DNA from: a virus | DNA: 63,725 nucleotides | Direction: 5' to 3' (one strand) | Virus genome (UHGV): UHGV-0036031 | Shown here: piece after piece, positions 38,286 to 47,458 of the stretch | Position numbering within the stretch: the stretch's first letter is position 1 | Layout of the letters: every line of letters starts with the position of its first letter | The notes under the pieces: model-generated | Database searches by the model: none | Told to the model about the DNA's origin: nothing | What the model saw: only the letters and a program-made list of their open reading frames with translations | Translations under genes and position numbers: made by a program

Positions 38286-39466
38286 CCATGGCGACACGTC
38301 GCAGGCATAGGCCCAGGGAGTGCCCGGAACCACCTCCGGCCGAGGACTGCACCCCCCGAAGGCGCAGGCGCACCACCTGCGGGGATGCACCATCGTCGGA
38401 GGTCCACGTGGTGAACAGTGATACCAGCTATGCACAGACCGTTGCCTGCGGGTCCACGCTGACATTGCCGGATGTCACCCATACCGACAGTAACGGCTCG
38501 CCGGTGGTGCTGCCGGGGATGGTGCCGATGGTGTGCACCCCTGGCGGGTCTCCGGCCATAACCACCGTTAACGGCGTCACGTCCGACGTGCCGGACATCA
38601 CCGTGGTGCAGGATGGGGTGCAGGTGGGGACGCTGAACCCCGCCACGGGCGTGCATACAATACCGGAGTGCCAGACGCCTCCCGTTCCTGAGTGTGATGA
38701 CCTTGTGGATGCGGTGTGGGTTGAGGGTGCTGGCGATCCGGAAATCAACGGCCTTTATAGCTTTGATGGGTACGGTGGTCCTGCCGGTATCATGGCAGCA
38801 AAGAAGTATAAGAATGCTTACGACCACATAATTGCCGCGCATGATTTCGATTCTCCAGAAGGTCCGTTCGGATGGAGTGTTTACGACCAAGACGAAGAAG
38901 AACTCTACGGAAGCTCATCTCTTCCATTCAGTATATTCCCATCGCAAGGGGTGTACCTCATGGTCGAAAGTGAAGGACAGGAACCTCCACCCACTGTCCG
39001 CCAAGCCACCATCGCGGACCTGTGCCCGTGCGATGAGTGCGAGGACGCAACGGTGCAACTGAAGGACAGCGCGGGGGCCAACATCGGGGCGCCCTACTTG
39101 ATCCCGTCCGGCGCGACCAGCGACATCCCCGTCGGCGACAGCCCCATCACGCTGCCCAACGGCATGACCAAGCAGGTGAAGGCCACGCAGCCATACACCG
39201 TGCCGCTGACGGCGCCCTTGAAGTTCGGCATGGCGGCGTACCACGAGCAGAGCATGGAGTGGACGGTCACAGCCGATGAGGCTGGGCAGTACAACGCGTT
39301 CAGTGCCGATGGTTCAAGCGGCACGATCACCTACAGCAAGAACGGCGCGGCGTTCGCGGCACCCTCCGGCACGATCACGCTGGCCGTGAGCGACAAGATC
39401 AGGGTCAAGCGCACCACGTTCAGCGCCGCCGGATGGGTCAAGTGGGGGAGGCTCGTAACACCGTGA
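38048..39466 (+). CDS. Hypothetical structural protein (probable start at ATG 38288)
   Basis: The ORF as listed starts inside the previous gene. The first ATG after the upstream stop (38283-38285) is at 38288 ('MATRRRHRP...'), giving 392 aa. Arg-rich N-terminus with CP/EC motifs, and an acidic 'CPCDECED' cluster. Confidence 0.45.
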   Translation: MHVEGHGCEQASVDRDRGCQGLRWHLCGRGERDERNRLRWRSLDKRGHHRHHHQQTDLLGHHQRHRIAVECRGHQCVALTMATRRRHRPRECPEPPPAEDCTPRRRRRTTCGDAPSSEVHVVNSDTSYAQTVACGSTLTLPDVTHTDSNGSPVVLPGMVPMVCTPGGSPAITTVNGVTSDVPDITVVQDGVQVGTLNPATGVHTIPECQTPPVPECDDLVDAVWVEGAGDPEINGLYSFDGYGGPAGIMAAKKYKNAYDHIIAAHDFDSPEGPFGWSVYDQDEEELYGSSSLPFSIFPSQGVYLMVESEGQEPPPTVRQATIADLCPCDECEDATVQLKDSAGANIGAPYLIPSGATSDIPVGDSPITLPNGMTKQVKATQPYTVPLTAPLKFGMAAYHEQSMEWTVTADEAGQYNAFSADGSSGTITYSKNGAAFAAPSGTITLAVSDKIRVKRTTFSAAGWVKWGRLVTP

Positions 39467-39469
39467 CGC

Positions 39470-40219
39470 ATGGGTACGATCATCGGCTCGGAATACTTGG
39501 ACAATAACGCGATCCAGTTCGACGGGGTGAACCAGTACGCGGCGCGTGTGGGCGCGTTCCCGTGGCTCTCGCACAGCCAAGGGGCGTGGGCGTTTGACCT
39601 GACCTTGTTGAGCTTTCCGGGGGGAACGGGTAATGACGTGCGGTCCGTGATAAACGCGGGGGTATACGCCGCCGGGAAGGGACTATTCTTCATCTCATGC
39701 CGCCGGAACAGCGGCTATGGCGACACGGCCATCCGCCTCGACATTGCGAAATACAATGGCTCCGGCGCCACTTTTACGCGCGCACCATCTGCAGAGACCA
39801 TCACCATCGGGGTAAAGCGCCGGTACATCGTGCAGAGCGACGGCAAGATGTTCATTGACGGCGTAGAGGCATCGGTGTACCTCTCTTATAACGGGAACTC
39901 GTGGACCGGCGACTGGTACAGCGCCATGCCTGGGGTGGCCGCGAACTATGAGCAACGCTTCGCGGGTGAAGGTGATCCCGGCTCGCCCCCCGCACGTTTC
40001 GGCAATATCCGCCTGAACAACGTGGTGTACTATTCGTCGCCGCTGACGGCATCAGAGGCGCTGGCCGACTACAACGGCGGGCGGCCCCAAGACCCGCGCG
40101 AGCGCCCCGACCTCGCGGCCAAGGCCCTGTATTTCTGGCCGTTCGACGGGCACCTTAACGACATCATAGGCGGCCAGAACCTGACCGCGTACAACTCACC
40201 CACCTACCCCACGCCGTAA
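39470..40219 (+). CDS. ConA/LamG-like jelly-roll protein (putative fibre accessory)
   Basis: 249-aa ORF. The C-terminal 'LYFWPFDGHLNDIIGGQNLTAYN' resembles the characteristic phage LamG-domain motif (L-x-F-D-G-x-x-D-x-x-G-x-x-x-T). Confidence 0.4.
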   Translation: MGTIIGSEYLDNNAIQFDGVNQYAARVGAFPWLSHSQGAWAFDLTLLSFPGGTGNDVRSVINAGVYAAGKGLFFISCRRNSGYGDTAIRLDIAKYNGSGATFTRAPSAETITIGVKRRYIVQSDGKMFIDGVEASVYLSYNGNSWTGDWYSAMPGVAANYEQRFAGEGDPGSPPARFGNIRLNNVVYYSSPLTASEALADYNGGRPQDPRERPDLAAKALYFWPFDGHLNDIIGGQNLTAYNSPTYPTP

Positions 40220-40223
40220 CCGC

Positions 40224-40757
40224 ATGGCCGACACCACCTACATCAACGGGAGCGCAGCCCTGCGCAGCTTCATGCAGGGCATCCACAGCCGCGTGAACGA
40301 GCTACTGGACGAGCGCGAGATCAACGCCAGCGGAAGGCTGCAACGCTCGAACCGCGTCGACCTGCGCGAAAGCGTTTCCGCCTCCACGGGTGTGCTTTCA
40401 GCCCTTAGCTACTGGCGCACGGCGGGCAGCGGCTCGCCGCCGGGCACGGCCGTAGAGTGGACCGCGCTGCAACGCTGGGCCTTGGACAAGGGGCTGGCGA
40501 ACAACGAGCGCCGGGCCGGGTCGATATTGAATTACGGCAAGGTCATCGTCAATAACTGGATGGTGCTGAACGCCCCGCTGACCAGCGGGCAGCGCACGGA
40601 GTTGTATGGTGCAGGCCAGCACGCGCACCCGTGGAACCTCTCCTTCGGCAGCGCGATAACGCACCGCTACGACTTCGAGAATGACCTGACGGACGCGGTG
40701 GGCGGGGAGACGCTTACCGGCGTAAGTTTGGACGCATCAAACTACATCACCCCATGA
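40224..40757 (+). CDS. ConA/LamG-like protein, paralogue-like
   Basis: 177-aa ORF ending 'HRYDFENDLTDAVGGETLTGVSLDASNYITP', the same motif class and the same '...TP' C-terminus as its neighbour. Confidence 0.4.
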   Translation: MADTTYINGSAALRSFMQGIHSRVNELLDEREINASGRLQRSNRVDLRESVSASTGVLSALSYWRTAGSGSPPGTAVEWTALQRWALDKGLANNERRAGSILNYGKVIVNNWMVLNAPLTSGQRTELYGAGQHAHPWNLSFGSAITHRYDFENDLTDAVGGETLTGVSLDASNYITP

Positions 40758-41047
40758 GCACCCCCAAGTACACCTTCTACATCGTCAGCCGAGGCCGTGA
40801 CCACCACTACCCGGTGCTGATGGCGAACAACGGCAAGGCCGCGCTGAATGAACCCGTGCGGCGGGCGAAGATCGTACTGCGGTCGTTCATGCGGTTCCGT
40901 GACGCTATCATGAACCACGAGATGAACGTCACCTTCATCAAGGAGGCCGACTTCAAGAAGAAGTTCCCCACATACGCGCCCAACAAGGGGCCGAAGCGCA
41001 AGGCTGCGACCAAGAAGGCCATCACCCAAAAGACCAAGAAGAAATGA
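40754..41047 (+). CDS. DUF1508 (YegP)-like domain protein with Lys-rich histone-H1-like tail
   Basis: 97-aa ORF. 'YTFYIVSRGRDHHYPVLMANNGKAALNEPVRRAKIV' matches the YegP/DUF1508 pattern. The C-terminus is '[20 protein letters not shown]'. Confidence 0.5.
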   Translation: MSTPKYTFYIVSRGRDHHYPVLMANNGKAALNEPVRRAKIVLRSFMRFRDAIMNHEMNVTFIKEADFKKKFPTYAPNKGPKRKAATKKAITQKTKKK

Positions 41048-42048
41048 GGTTCCGCTGGCCGTGGTCCCGCAAACCTAAGCCGCCCCAGTACCCGGCGCGG
41101 CGCAACGGCTTCAACGCCGCCTTCGCCGCCAACTACGCGGGCATCACCGGCTTCGTGCCGCTCCTGCGCGAGCTTGGGGCCTGCTCCCCCGGCTTCGTCC
41201 TGCGCTTCCCCGGTGGCACGCTCGCCAACTACACGCACACCTCCGGGCGCGGCTACGGCCTCGTCCACTCGGAGATCGCTAACGCACCCCAATCCATCGC
41301 AGAGCAGTTCGCCAAGGACCAATCCACGACGGCCAACCACCTCGACACGATGGTGGCGCTGGCCAAGGACAGCGGTGCGGCGGTGCTGTGGGTGGCGAAC
41401 CTGTATACCGGCAGGCTGATCGAGACGGTGGAGGCCATCGGTGCCTTCAAGGCTGCCGGTGTGGAGGTCGTGGGCGTGGAGCTTGGCAATGAGTGGTATT
41501 TGACCCGATACCGCGACAAGTACCGCGATGTGTATGACTATGCCACGCAGGCTAAGGCATGGCGCGATGAGATCAAGCGCAACTGGCCCGACATGCCCGT
41601 GGGCGTGATCGTGGCACCATCGGCAGGCATGAAGGATGCGGACAGCGGGCGCGGGAGGGCCAAGATCCTCAGCGCCGCAAACGAGGTGCTGCGCGATCTC
41701 AAATGGCCGGATGCCTACGTGCTGCACTCCTACGCCCAAGCCGCCGACCCGGCGGGGCACCGCGATGCGCTGCGCGATCATCTGGACACGTTCGCCAAGC
41801 CGGTGTGGATCACCGAGTGGAACCTCCACGGCACGGAGAACGGCGGCACGGCAACTCAGTTGATGCACTACGGCGCTATGATGGACATGCTGGACGAGGT
41901 GCCCAAGGTGACGGTGCAGACTCTGCACAACCTTGCGGCCACGGGGGAGGGGTACAACGTGGTGCGGTGCAAGGTGAGGGGCGCGGAACTGACGCGGCTG
42001 GGCGAGGTGATACTGGAGCGGAACAACACGAAGCGGAACAATGTGTGA
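41044..42048 (+). CDS. Glycoside hydrolase, clan GH-A (TIM-barrel) type; candidate polysaccharide depolymerase
   Basis: 334-aa ORF. 'VGVELGNEW' is an acid/base NE(P/W) motif. 'VWITEWN' is a nucleophile TE motif about 100 aa downstream. This is the typical spacing of GH5-like enzymes. Confidence 0.6.
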   Translation: MRFRWPWSRKPKPPQYPARRNGFNAAFAANYAGITGFVPLLRELGACSPGFVLRFPGGTLANYTHTSGRGYGLVHSEIANAPQSIAEQFAKDQSTTANHLDTMVALAKDSGAAVLWVANLYTGRLIETVEAIGAFKAAGVEVVGVELGNEWYLTRYRDKYRDVYDYATQAKAWRDEIKRNWPDMPVGVIVAPSAGMKDADSGRGRAKILSAANEVLRDLKWPDAYVLHSYAQAADPAGHRDALRDHLDTFAKPVWITEWNLHGTENGGTATQLMHYGAMMDMLDEVPKVTVQTLHNLAATGEGYNVVRCKVRGAELTRLGEVILERNNTKRNNV

Positions 42049-44590
42049 GAATTGCGGATGTGGACAGGGGCAGGGCGTGGTGTTCATCACCGGCCCGACA
42101 GGCCCCCAAGGATTACGAGGACCAGAAGGGCCTGTCGGTCCTGCCGGGCCACCGGGTCTGGCCGGTGATACAGGCCCCCAGGGACCACAAGGACCACAAG
42201 GCCCGGCCGGACCACAAGGCCCGGCCGGTGACACGGGACCCCAGGGACCACAAGGCCCAGCCGGGCCCAATGGCCTCCAAGGTCCAGCCGGGCCTGTCGG
42301 TCCTGCCGGTACGGGCATCAACCTGCTGGGGTCCCTTGGGGATCCCGGCGACCTGCCGGGTGGTGGGAACACACAGGGCGACGCCTACCTCATATCCGGC
42401 AACATCTGGGTATGGAGTGATGGGTCATCGTCATGGATCAACTCGGGCAGCATACAAGGTCCTGCCGGGCCACAAGGTCCTGCCGGAGCCACGGGAGCCA
42501 CGGGTGCCACAGGGGCCACGGGTGCCACCGGGCCGCAGGGGCCACAGGGTCCACAAGGACCACAGGGTCCACAAGGACCGGCTGGGCCGGGTAGTTCCTT
42601 CTCGGGAGCCTACAACGACCTGATAGGTATCCCGTCCTCCTTCACGCCAAAGAACCATGCGGCACGCCACAAGGCTGGGGGGAATGACATGATCCGTCTC
42701 GATGAGCTGGGGGACCCCACGGACAACACGAACCGCAACGCCACCACGGGGCGGCACGGGTTGATGCCGAAGCTCAGTGGTGATGCCATGAAGTACATGG
42801 CTGGTGACGGGACATGGAAACCCCTCCCTAACGGCCTTGGCGGCGGCAACGTCATGGGGCCGACCAATGGGTCCGTGGATTGGGCACCCGTGTATTTCGA
42901 CGGGGCCACCGGCCTTGCCATCAAGGGCATGCCACGGTACCTGCAACCCTACGCCCGCAAGTCGGGCTTCGGCGTGTTCGACCTTGAGGAAGTGTACGGG
43001 TTGACGGGGTACAATGGCCCCATGAAACTGAACCAGCTTTACACCACGACCGAGGCGCAGGCCAAGTTCCCCAAGCTGTTCCAATGGTATGTGGCCGCTG
43101 GCATGAGCACGGCGCAGGTGATGTCCATCCGGCATGGTGCGGCATGCGCGAACGAGGCGGTATTGCAGGGGCACACGGACGGGAACATAGGAAGCGGCAA
43201 GGTGAACTCCCTGAACACGGTGATCTGGCCACGTGGGGTATTCCCGTGCAACATCGCCGTGATGATCGACGCCGGGAGGTACATCGGCAAGGGAACCCAT
43301 TCCGTTGACATGCACGGCGAGGAGATCCCCAATGCCACGACCATCGTGCCCGACATCACCGGATGGCTTGAGCCGGGAAAGGATATGACGCCGTTCCAGA
43401 CAACGACCACGCCGGGCTTCTCCCTCTACAACTACGTGGAGGGCGGGTATGTGTCCGGGTTCCGGTTCCAGGCACCCTATGGTGGCCGGTACCATGACAC
43501 CTCCGTGCATTGCTCAGGCATGCTGGTGGCGTGGGCCGGTGAGGTGTTCCGCATCGGGGATGTGAAGATGGACGGGTTCAACGACTACGGCCTTGAGTTG
43601 ATCGGGGCCACGCCCATCCTCGTGGATAACATCAGTGTGTTCCTCAACCGCAAGGGGGGTATCGGCGCCATCGGGTCCGCCCTGTCCACCATGCGCTTCG
43701 GCATGGTGAGTGCCGACGACAACCCTGCCATCTTCCGGGTGGACAGCAACTACAACGGAACCCACGGGGCGGCTGGCGGGAACATCAGTGTGGGTGGCGT
43801 GAAGGAAGAGACGAATTACCCCGACCGGCCACCCGCGATGTCCCAGATCCTGCTGTGGGCTGACGGGAACAGCGGCACGGGTTCCAATGACGGCGCCCAA
43901 CTGAACTTCACCGCCGAGAACGTCGCCTTTGCCTACAACGGGGCATCCGGGAGACGGCACGCCGCCTGCGTGGTCAAGGGCTTCAGCCAGAATGCGGCAG
44001 GAGGCTACTCCGGTGCCAGCCAAGCGAGGGTCAAGGTCGGCGGGATGAAGGGGTGGAACTACGACTACCTGCTTCACTGCCTGCGTACCGGCAACGCATG
44101 GGCTGCACGGCCCGACTATGAGGGTGTGGGCTTGGAGTGGAATGCCTCCACCGGGACGCTGGCAAGGGGGGCGGCTGATGGTTCCGCCGGTTCCGCCGTG
44201 GCCGTCACCACGGGCGGCGTCAAGTCAACCAGCCGTCTGGCACTGAAGACAACAGAGCCGACATGGAATGATGTGGCGGCATACGACATCACCAACGGCG
44301 GTGTTCCGGGTTCCTTCCCGTCGATCACGGCCAATGATTCAGCCGTGGGGGTGGGTGTGGTCCCAGCCGAGATCCATGTGGGTGAGACGGCGGCATTGTC
44401 GGTGCAGCGTGTTGACCGGAACAAGCAGCTTCATGGCGCCGGGGCGACGTGGTATGTAGGGTATTCCGCATCCACGGGCAACGGCACCATCGCCGGGACC
44501 ACCTTCACGGCGACAGCACCGGGCCTTGTTCAAGTGAGGGCCGTGGCGGGCGGATGCACGGGTATTGGATGGGTGAATGTTCTTCCATGA
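42041..44590 (+). CDS. Collagen-like tail fibre / tailspike with C-terminal Big_2 domain
   Basis: 849-aa ORF. N-terminal '[12 protein letters not shown]'. Two long Gly-X-Y tracts: [11 protein letters not shown]... at aa ~17-95, and [33 protein letters not shown] at aa ~140-185. The C-terminal ~85 aa '[22 protein letters not shown]...TWYVGYSAS...[18 protein letters not shown]' has a Big_2 (bacterial Ig-like) pattern. Confidence 0.6.
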   Translation: MCENCGCGQGQGVVFITGPTGPQGLRGPEGPVGPAGPPGLAGDTGPQGPQGPQGPAGPQGPAGDTGPQGPQGPAGPNGLQGPAGPVGPAGTGINLLGSLGDPGDLPGGGNTQGDAYLISGNIWVWSDGSSSWINSGSIQGPAGPQGPAGATGATGATGATGATGPQGPQGPQGPQGPQGPAGPGSSFSGAYNDLIGIPSSFTPKNHAARHKAGGNDMIRLDELGDPTDNTNRNATTGRHGLMPKLSGDAMKYMAGDGTWKPLPNGLGGGNVMGPTNGSVDWAPVYFDGATGLAIKGMPRYLQPYARKSGFGVFDLEEVYGLTGYNGPMKLNQLYTTTEAQAKFPKLFQWYVAAGMSTAQVMSIRHGAACANEAVLQGHTDGNIGSGKVNSLNTVIWPRGVFPCNIAVMIDAGRYIGKGTHSVDMHGEEIPNATTIVPDITGWLEPGKDMTPFQTTTTPGFSLYNYVEGGYVSGFRFQAPYGGRYHDTSVHCSGMLVAWAGEVFRIGDVKMDGFNDYGLELIGATPILVDNISVFLNRKGGIGAIGSALSTMRFGMVSADDNPAIFRVDSNYNGTHGAAGGNISVGGVKEETNYPDRPPAMSQILLWADGNSGTGSNDGAQLNFTAENVAFAYNGASGRRHAACVVKGFSQNAAGGYSGASQARVKVGGMKGWNYDYLLHCLRTGNAWAARPDYEGVGLEWNASTGTLARGAADGSAGSAVAVTTGGVKSTSRLALKTTEPTWNDVAAYDITNGGVPGSFPSITANDSAVGVGVVPAEIHVGETAALSVQRVDRNKQLHGAGATWYVGYSASTGNGTIAGTTFTATAPGLVQVRAVAGGCTGIGWVNVLP

Positions 44591-44894
44591 CAGATCCCGA
44601 ATGACCCTTGAGCAACAAAACGGGGTGAACCTCGTGAACAAGATCGTGATGAGCGTGGCCTGGGTGGCCTGTGCCGCCTTCCTCGGGTCCATGACACAAT
44701 CCATACATCGCATGGAGGAGAAGCTGGACCTCGTGAAAGAAGTGCAGGACAGGGACCATGCGACGTTCAAGGTACAGGACGTGATACATGGTGCGGAGAT
44801 CGAGCGGATGAAGCACCAGTTGCAATCACTGGAGAAGTCCACGTCAAGGGCAGCGAGGCCGACACGAAACTACCAACAGGACGAAGATGAGTGA
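44577..44894 (+). CDS. Lysis-associated membrane protein (i-spanin- or holin-like)
   Basis: 105 aa. One N-terminal TM segment '[16 protein letters not shown]' followed by a charged coiled-coil region. Its stop overlaps the next ORF start. Confidence 0.4.
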   Translation: MFFHDRSRMTLEQQNGVNLVNKIVMSVAWVACAAFLGSMTQSIHRMEEKLDLVKEVQDRDHATFKVQDVIHGAEIERMKHQLQSLEKSTSRAARPTRNYQQDEDE

Positions 44895-45039
44895 GTGGAC
44901 CGATGGGCAATGGTGGTTGTTCAACAAGAGCAGCATCGCGTTGGCAGTGGTCATCGCCGTGGTCAGCGGCGTGGTGTTCCCGCTGGGGCATTACATCGGT
45001 GAGCGCATCGTGGCATATATCCGCAGGTGTCTGGAATGA
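44887..45039 (+). CDS. Small single-TM protein (50 aa; holin, antiholin or spanin partner), absent from the ORF track
   Basis: ATG at 44887, overlapping the preceding stop (gATGAgtga). It encodes [50 protein letters not shown]. The stop at 45037-45039 overlaps the endolysin start (ATGA overlap). Confidence 0.4.
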   Translation: MSEWTDGQWWLFNKSSIALAVVIAVVSGVVFPLGHYIGERIVAYIRRCLE

Positions 45040-45629
45040 ACCTCGTGCAGTGGTTGAGGCCTATGGCCGTGCGGGCGCTGCTGGTGATGGCGCCGAGGAC
45101 CGCCGTGGTGATGACCGGAGCGGGAGCGGCCACGGACTACACATCCCGGTACATCGACCTGTCCGGCGACCTGCCGGTGGCCGAGGCCAGACACTACCCG
45201 AGGCGCGACCTGTCCGAGATCAATGGTCTTGTCATCCACCATTCGGCTACCAAGGGGAGGACCATACGGAGCATGGCCGAGTATCACATTGAGGTCAAGG
45301 GATGGCCGGGACTGGCCTATCACTATGCGATAGGTTGGGATGGCGTGGTGTACCACTGCCAGGACGACCGCAACGCCAGCTACCACACACAGGGGCACAA
45401 CAGGCACAACGTGGGGGTGGTCCTTGTCGGGGACTACGAGGCCAAGGAGCCGAGTGAGGCTATGATACGGTCGCTGGGAATGCTGATCGAGGACCTGCGG
45501 GGGAAGTACCGCATGGACCACGCGTGGATGCACAGGGAGACGAAGGCTACGCTATGTCCGGGGAGCCGGGCTGTGCCGCACGTCCAGCCCCTGTTGTTCG
45601 GGCCAAGGCCGCATCGTCGGACGAAGTAG
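45027..45629 (+). CDS. N-acetylmuramoyl-L-alanine amidase endolysin (Amidase_2/PGRP fold), possible SAR-type N-terminus
   Basis: 'INGLVIHHSAT...EYHIEVKGWPGLAYHYAIGWDGVVYHC...TQGHNRHNVGVVLVGDY' matches T7-lysozyme/PGRP amidase motifs. The listed start is GTG; an ATG lies at 45036. The N-terminal 'VRALLVMAPRTAVVMTGAGAA' is weakly hydrophobic and Gly/Ala-rich. Confidence 0.75.
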   Translation: MSGMNLVQWLRPMAVRALLVMAPRTAVVMTGAGAATDYTSRYIDLSGDLPVAEARHYPRRDLSEINGLVIHHSATKGRTIRSMAEYHIEVKGWPGLAYHYAIGWDGVVYHCQDDRNASYHTQGHNRHNVGVVLVGDYEAKEPSEAMIRSLGMLIEDLRGKYRMDHAWMHRETKATLCPGSRAVPHVQPLLFGPRPHRRTK

Positions 45630-45680
45630 TTACCTTCGCAACGTGTTGAGGTGTTCTGTCGGCGCTCGGCGGGCTTAGGC

Positions 45681-45709
45681 TTGCCGGGCGTCGGCGTTTT
45701 GGCTATATT
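45681..45709 (+). promoter_or_regulatory. Sigma70-like promoter candidate (TTGCCG-N17-TATATT)
   Basis: A -35 TTGCCG at 45681-45686, a 17-nt spacer and a -10 TATATT at 45704-45709. It lies in the 118-nt gap after the endolysin gene and upstream of the membrane-protein genes. Confidence 0.3.
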
Positions 45710-45747
45710 AGCGGCGGCAGTAATCTCCAGTTCTGCCTGTCAATGAC

Positions 45748-46134
45748 TTGGCTCGCCTCACTAGGGCGGGTCTTGTCATTTTTGACTACCTTGGTGCCAT
45801 GACCCGCACGGCCTCCTTCGTCGCCGGTATCATCCTGGCCCTGCTGGTGGTGCTGTTCCTGTGGGGTGCCATCGCGAGGCCCCGCACGCAGAGGTTGCGC
45901 GATGGGATCAAGGCGCTGAAGACCGAGGCCCGCCATCTGAGGGGTCAGGCACGCATGGCCGATGAGCGGGCAAGGATGGACATGGACCGCGCCGACAGCC
46001 TCGCCGCCGTGGTGCTGCAACTACAGGCCAAGGTGACCAAGGAACAAGACCGATACCATGAAGATGTGGGCCGCTACCGTGGCGCTGGCCCTGATAGTGT
46101 ACGGCGCGTCATCCTATGGGCAAACCCCCGCTGA
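45748..46134 (+). CDS. Membrane protein with N-terminal TM and coiled coil (spanin-like)
   Basis: The listed start is TTG. A likely ATG start at ~45799 gives 'MTRTASFVAGIILALLVVLFLWGAI' (TM) followed by an Arg/Ala-rich helix. The 3' end overlaps the next ORF by 77 nt. Confidence 0.35.
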   Translation: MARLTRAGLVIFDYLGAMTRTASFVAGIILALLVVLFLWGAIARPRTQRLRDGIKALKTEARHLRGQARMADERARMDMDRADSLAAVVLQLQAKVTKEQDRYHEDVGRYRGAGPDSVRRVILWANPR

Positions 46135-46462
46135 TAGCTGCTGGCTGTGCCTGACCGAAGCGGAGGCGCGGCAGGCCGTGGACAGCGCCCTGTGGGGGCA
46201 GCACAACGTGAGGCAGGCGGCGATCATGACGGCTCTGTACAGGTCGCAGGCGATGGAGGTGCGGTCGTTGCGGGATGCCATCATGGGCAAGGATGCGGGC
46301 CTTGCGCTCCGTGACCGTGAGACGGAGGCTTTGCGGCGCAGCCTGGATCTGATGGCCGACGATGCGCGGCGGGCGAAGTGGCGGGCAACGCGCCGGACGA
46401 TAGGGTGGGCTGCGTTGTTGGGTGGCATGGGGTTCGTGGCGGGGGTCATCGTCGTAGATTAG
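46058..46462 (+). CDS. Secreted/membrane protein with signal peptide and C-terminal TM
   Basis: 134 aa. 'MKMWAATVALALIVYGASSYG' is signal-like. A coiled-coil middle region. A C-terminal 'IGWAALLGGMGFVAGVIVV' TM segment. Confidence 0.4.
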   Translation: MKMWAATVALALIVYGASSYGQTPADSCWLCLTEAEARQAVDSALWGQHNVRQAAIMTALYRSQAMEVRSLRDAIMGKDAGLALRDRETEALRRSLDLMADDARRAKWRATRRTIGWAALLGGMGFVAGVIVVD

Positions 46463-46466
46463 AGCC

Positions 46467-46694
46467 ATGAAAGAAAGGGATACCATCTGGCGCTACCTCT
46501 TCCGCAAGTCCGGTTTCGGCCGCACCGGATGGGTTGAGTTCGCTGTCATTGCCATGGCCGTGGTGATGATGGGAGGCTATGCCATCATAGGGGAGGACAC
46601 CGCATCAAGGATAGCGTGCGGAGCGTTCGCGCTGGGCATCACCGCCGTGATGGTGTGGGGCACGGCCAAGAACTACAGGGAGGACAACCCATGA
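46467..46694 (+). CDS. Two-TM small membrane protein (holin-like)
   Basis: 75 aa with two hydrophobic helices ('VEFAVIAMAVVMMGGYAII', 'IACGAFALGITAVMVWG'). Confidence 0.4.
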   Translation: MKERDTIWRYLFRKSGFGRTGWVEFAVIAMAVVMMGGYAIIGEDTASRIACGAFALGITAVMVWGTAKNYREDNP

Positions 46695-47095
46695 GCATCC
46701 TCGCGGTCCTGTTCGCCGTCATTGGTGGCATCATACAGGCTGATGTCCACGCCTCGCTGATACACCGTGGCCGGATGGACAGCACAGTGAAGGCATGGTG
46801 GCTTGGCATACGGGCTGTGTGGCTACTGGTGCTGACGATGGCCTCCAAGGGTGGTGCCTCCATGTCCATCGGCCTGTGGATGATCTACAACAGCACCTTC
46901 ACCCTAGTGCTGAACATGGTGATGGGATGGAAGCCCGACTATGTGGGCACCACATCGCGGTGGGACAGGCTCCAGCGGGATATGGCCCTATGGGTGGAGC
47001 GCCTTGGCATCGCCGACCAGCGCACCGCGCTTGCGGCCATCGCGTCCGTCGTCATCTACGGTGGCGCCGCGTTAGGGCTATTCCTTGCCTTGTGA
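46616..47095 (+). CDS. Multi-TM membrane protein (likely start at ATG 46691)
   Basis: The ATG at 46691 overlaps the previous stop (ATGA). That start gives a 134-aa product with 3-4 predicted TM helices. Confidence 0.4.
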   Translation: MRSVRAGHHRRDGVGHGQELQGGQPMSILAVLFAVIGGIIQADVHASLIHRGRMDSTVKAWWLGIRAVWLLVLTMASKGGASMSIGLWMIYNSTFTLVLNMVMGWKPDYVGTTSRWDRLQRDMALWVERLGIADQRTALAAIASVVIYGGAALGLFLAL

Positions 47096-47238
47096 CCGGA
47101 AATCCTGGATGACGAACTCAGCGGCGGGGATGATGTCCGGGAAGTGGTGGCACAACCGTCAACGCTGGCGTAAGACCTATGATTAGTCAGTCCTTTCCGG
47201 CGGAGCTGGTTCTTTTTCTTCAGTCCTCCGCAGTTCTC

Positions 47239-47272
47239 GGGCGGCATTGGCTGCCGCCCTTTTCTGGGTTCT
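47239..47272 (+). terminator. Rho-independent terminator of the + strand late/lysis operon
   Basis: GGGCGGCA-TTGGC-TGCCGCCC hairpin (8-bp GC stem) followed by TTTTCTGGGTTCT. It lies in the convergence zone between the + and - strand gene arms. Confidence 0.55.
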
Positions 47273-47359
47273 CAGCCGGGCCGGGTTCTGTTCTGAAGTC
47301 GAGCATGCGCCTTGGTAGCGTTGGCGTATTTTCGTGCGGTGGCTTGGCGCGTTGGCTTT

Positions 47360-47458
47360 TCGCGATGGCACCTAACACACGCTATACGGCACCCTCCCAT
47401 CGCACTGGCCCAACACGCGCCGCATAGCTCCAACGTTGGTGGCAATGCCAATTACCAC
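47360..47458 (-). repeat. Early-region composite-hairpin repeat, copy 1 (subfamily B), at the 3' end of the minus-strand gene arm
   Basis: '...CACACGCTATACGGCAC...GCGCCGCATAGCTC...GGCAATGCCAATTACCAC'. It overlaps the stop codon TAA (47452-47454) of the last early gene. It shares the CTATACGGC/GCCGCATAG inverted repeat with the copy at 62819. Confidence 0.6.

Noticed and set aside
40807-42372. 521-aa minus-strand ORF with Gly-Pro repeats
   Set aside because: It is an antisense reading of the collagen-like Gly-X-Y region and of the GH gene. The + strand ORFs have catalytic and collagen motifs and consistent gene packing.
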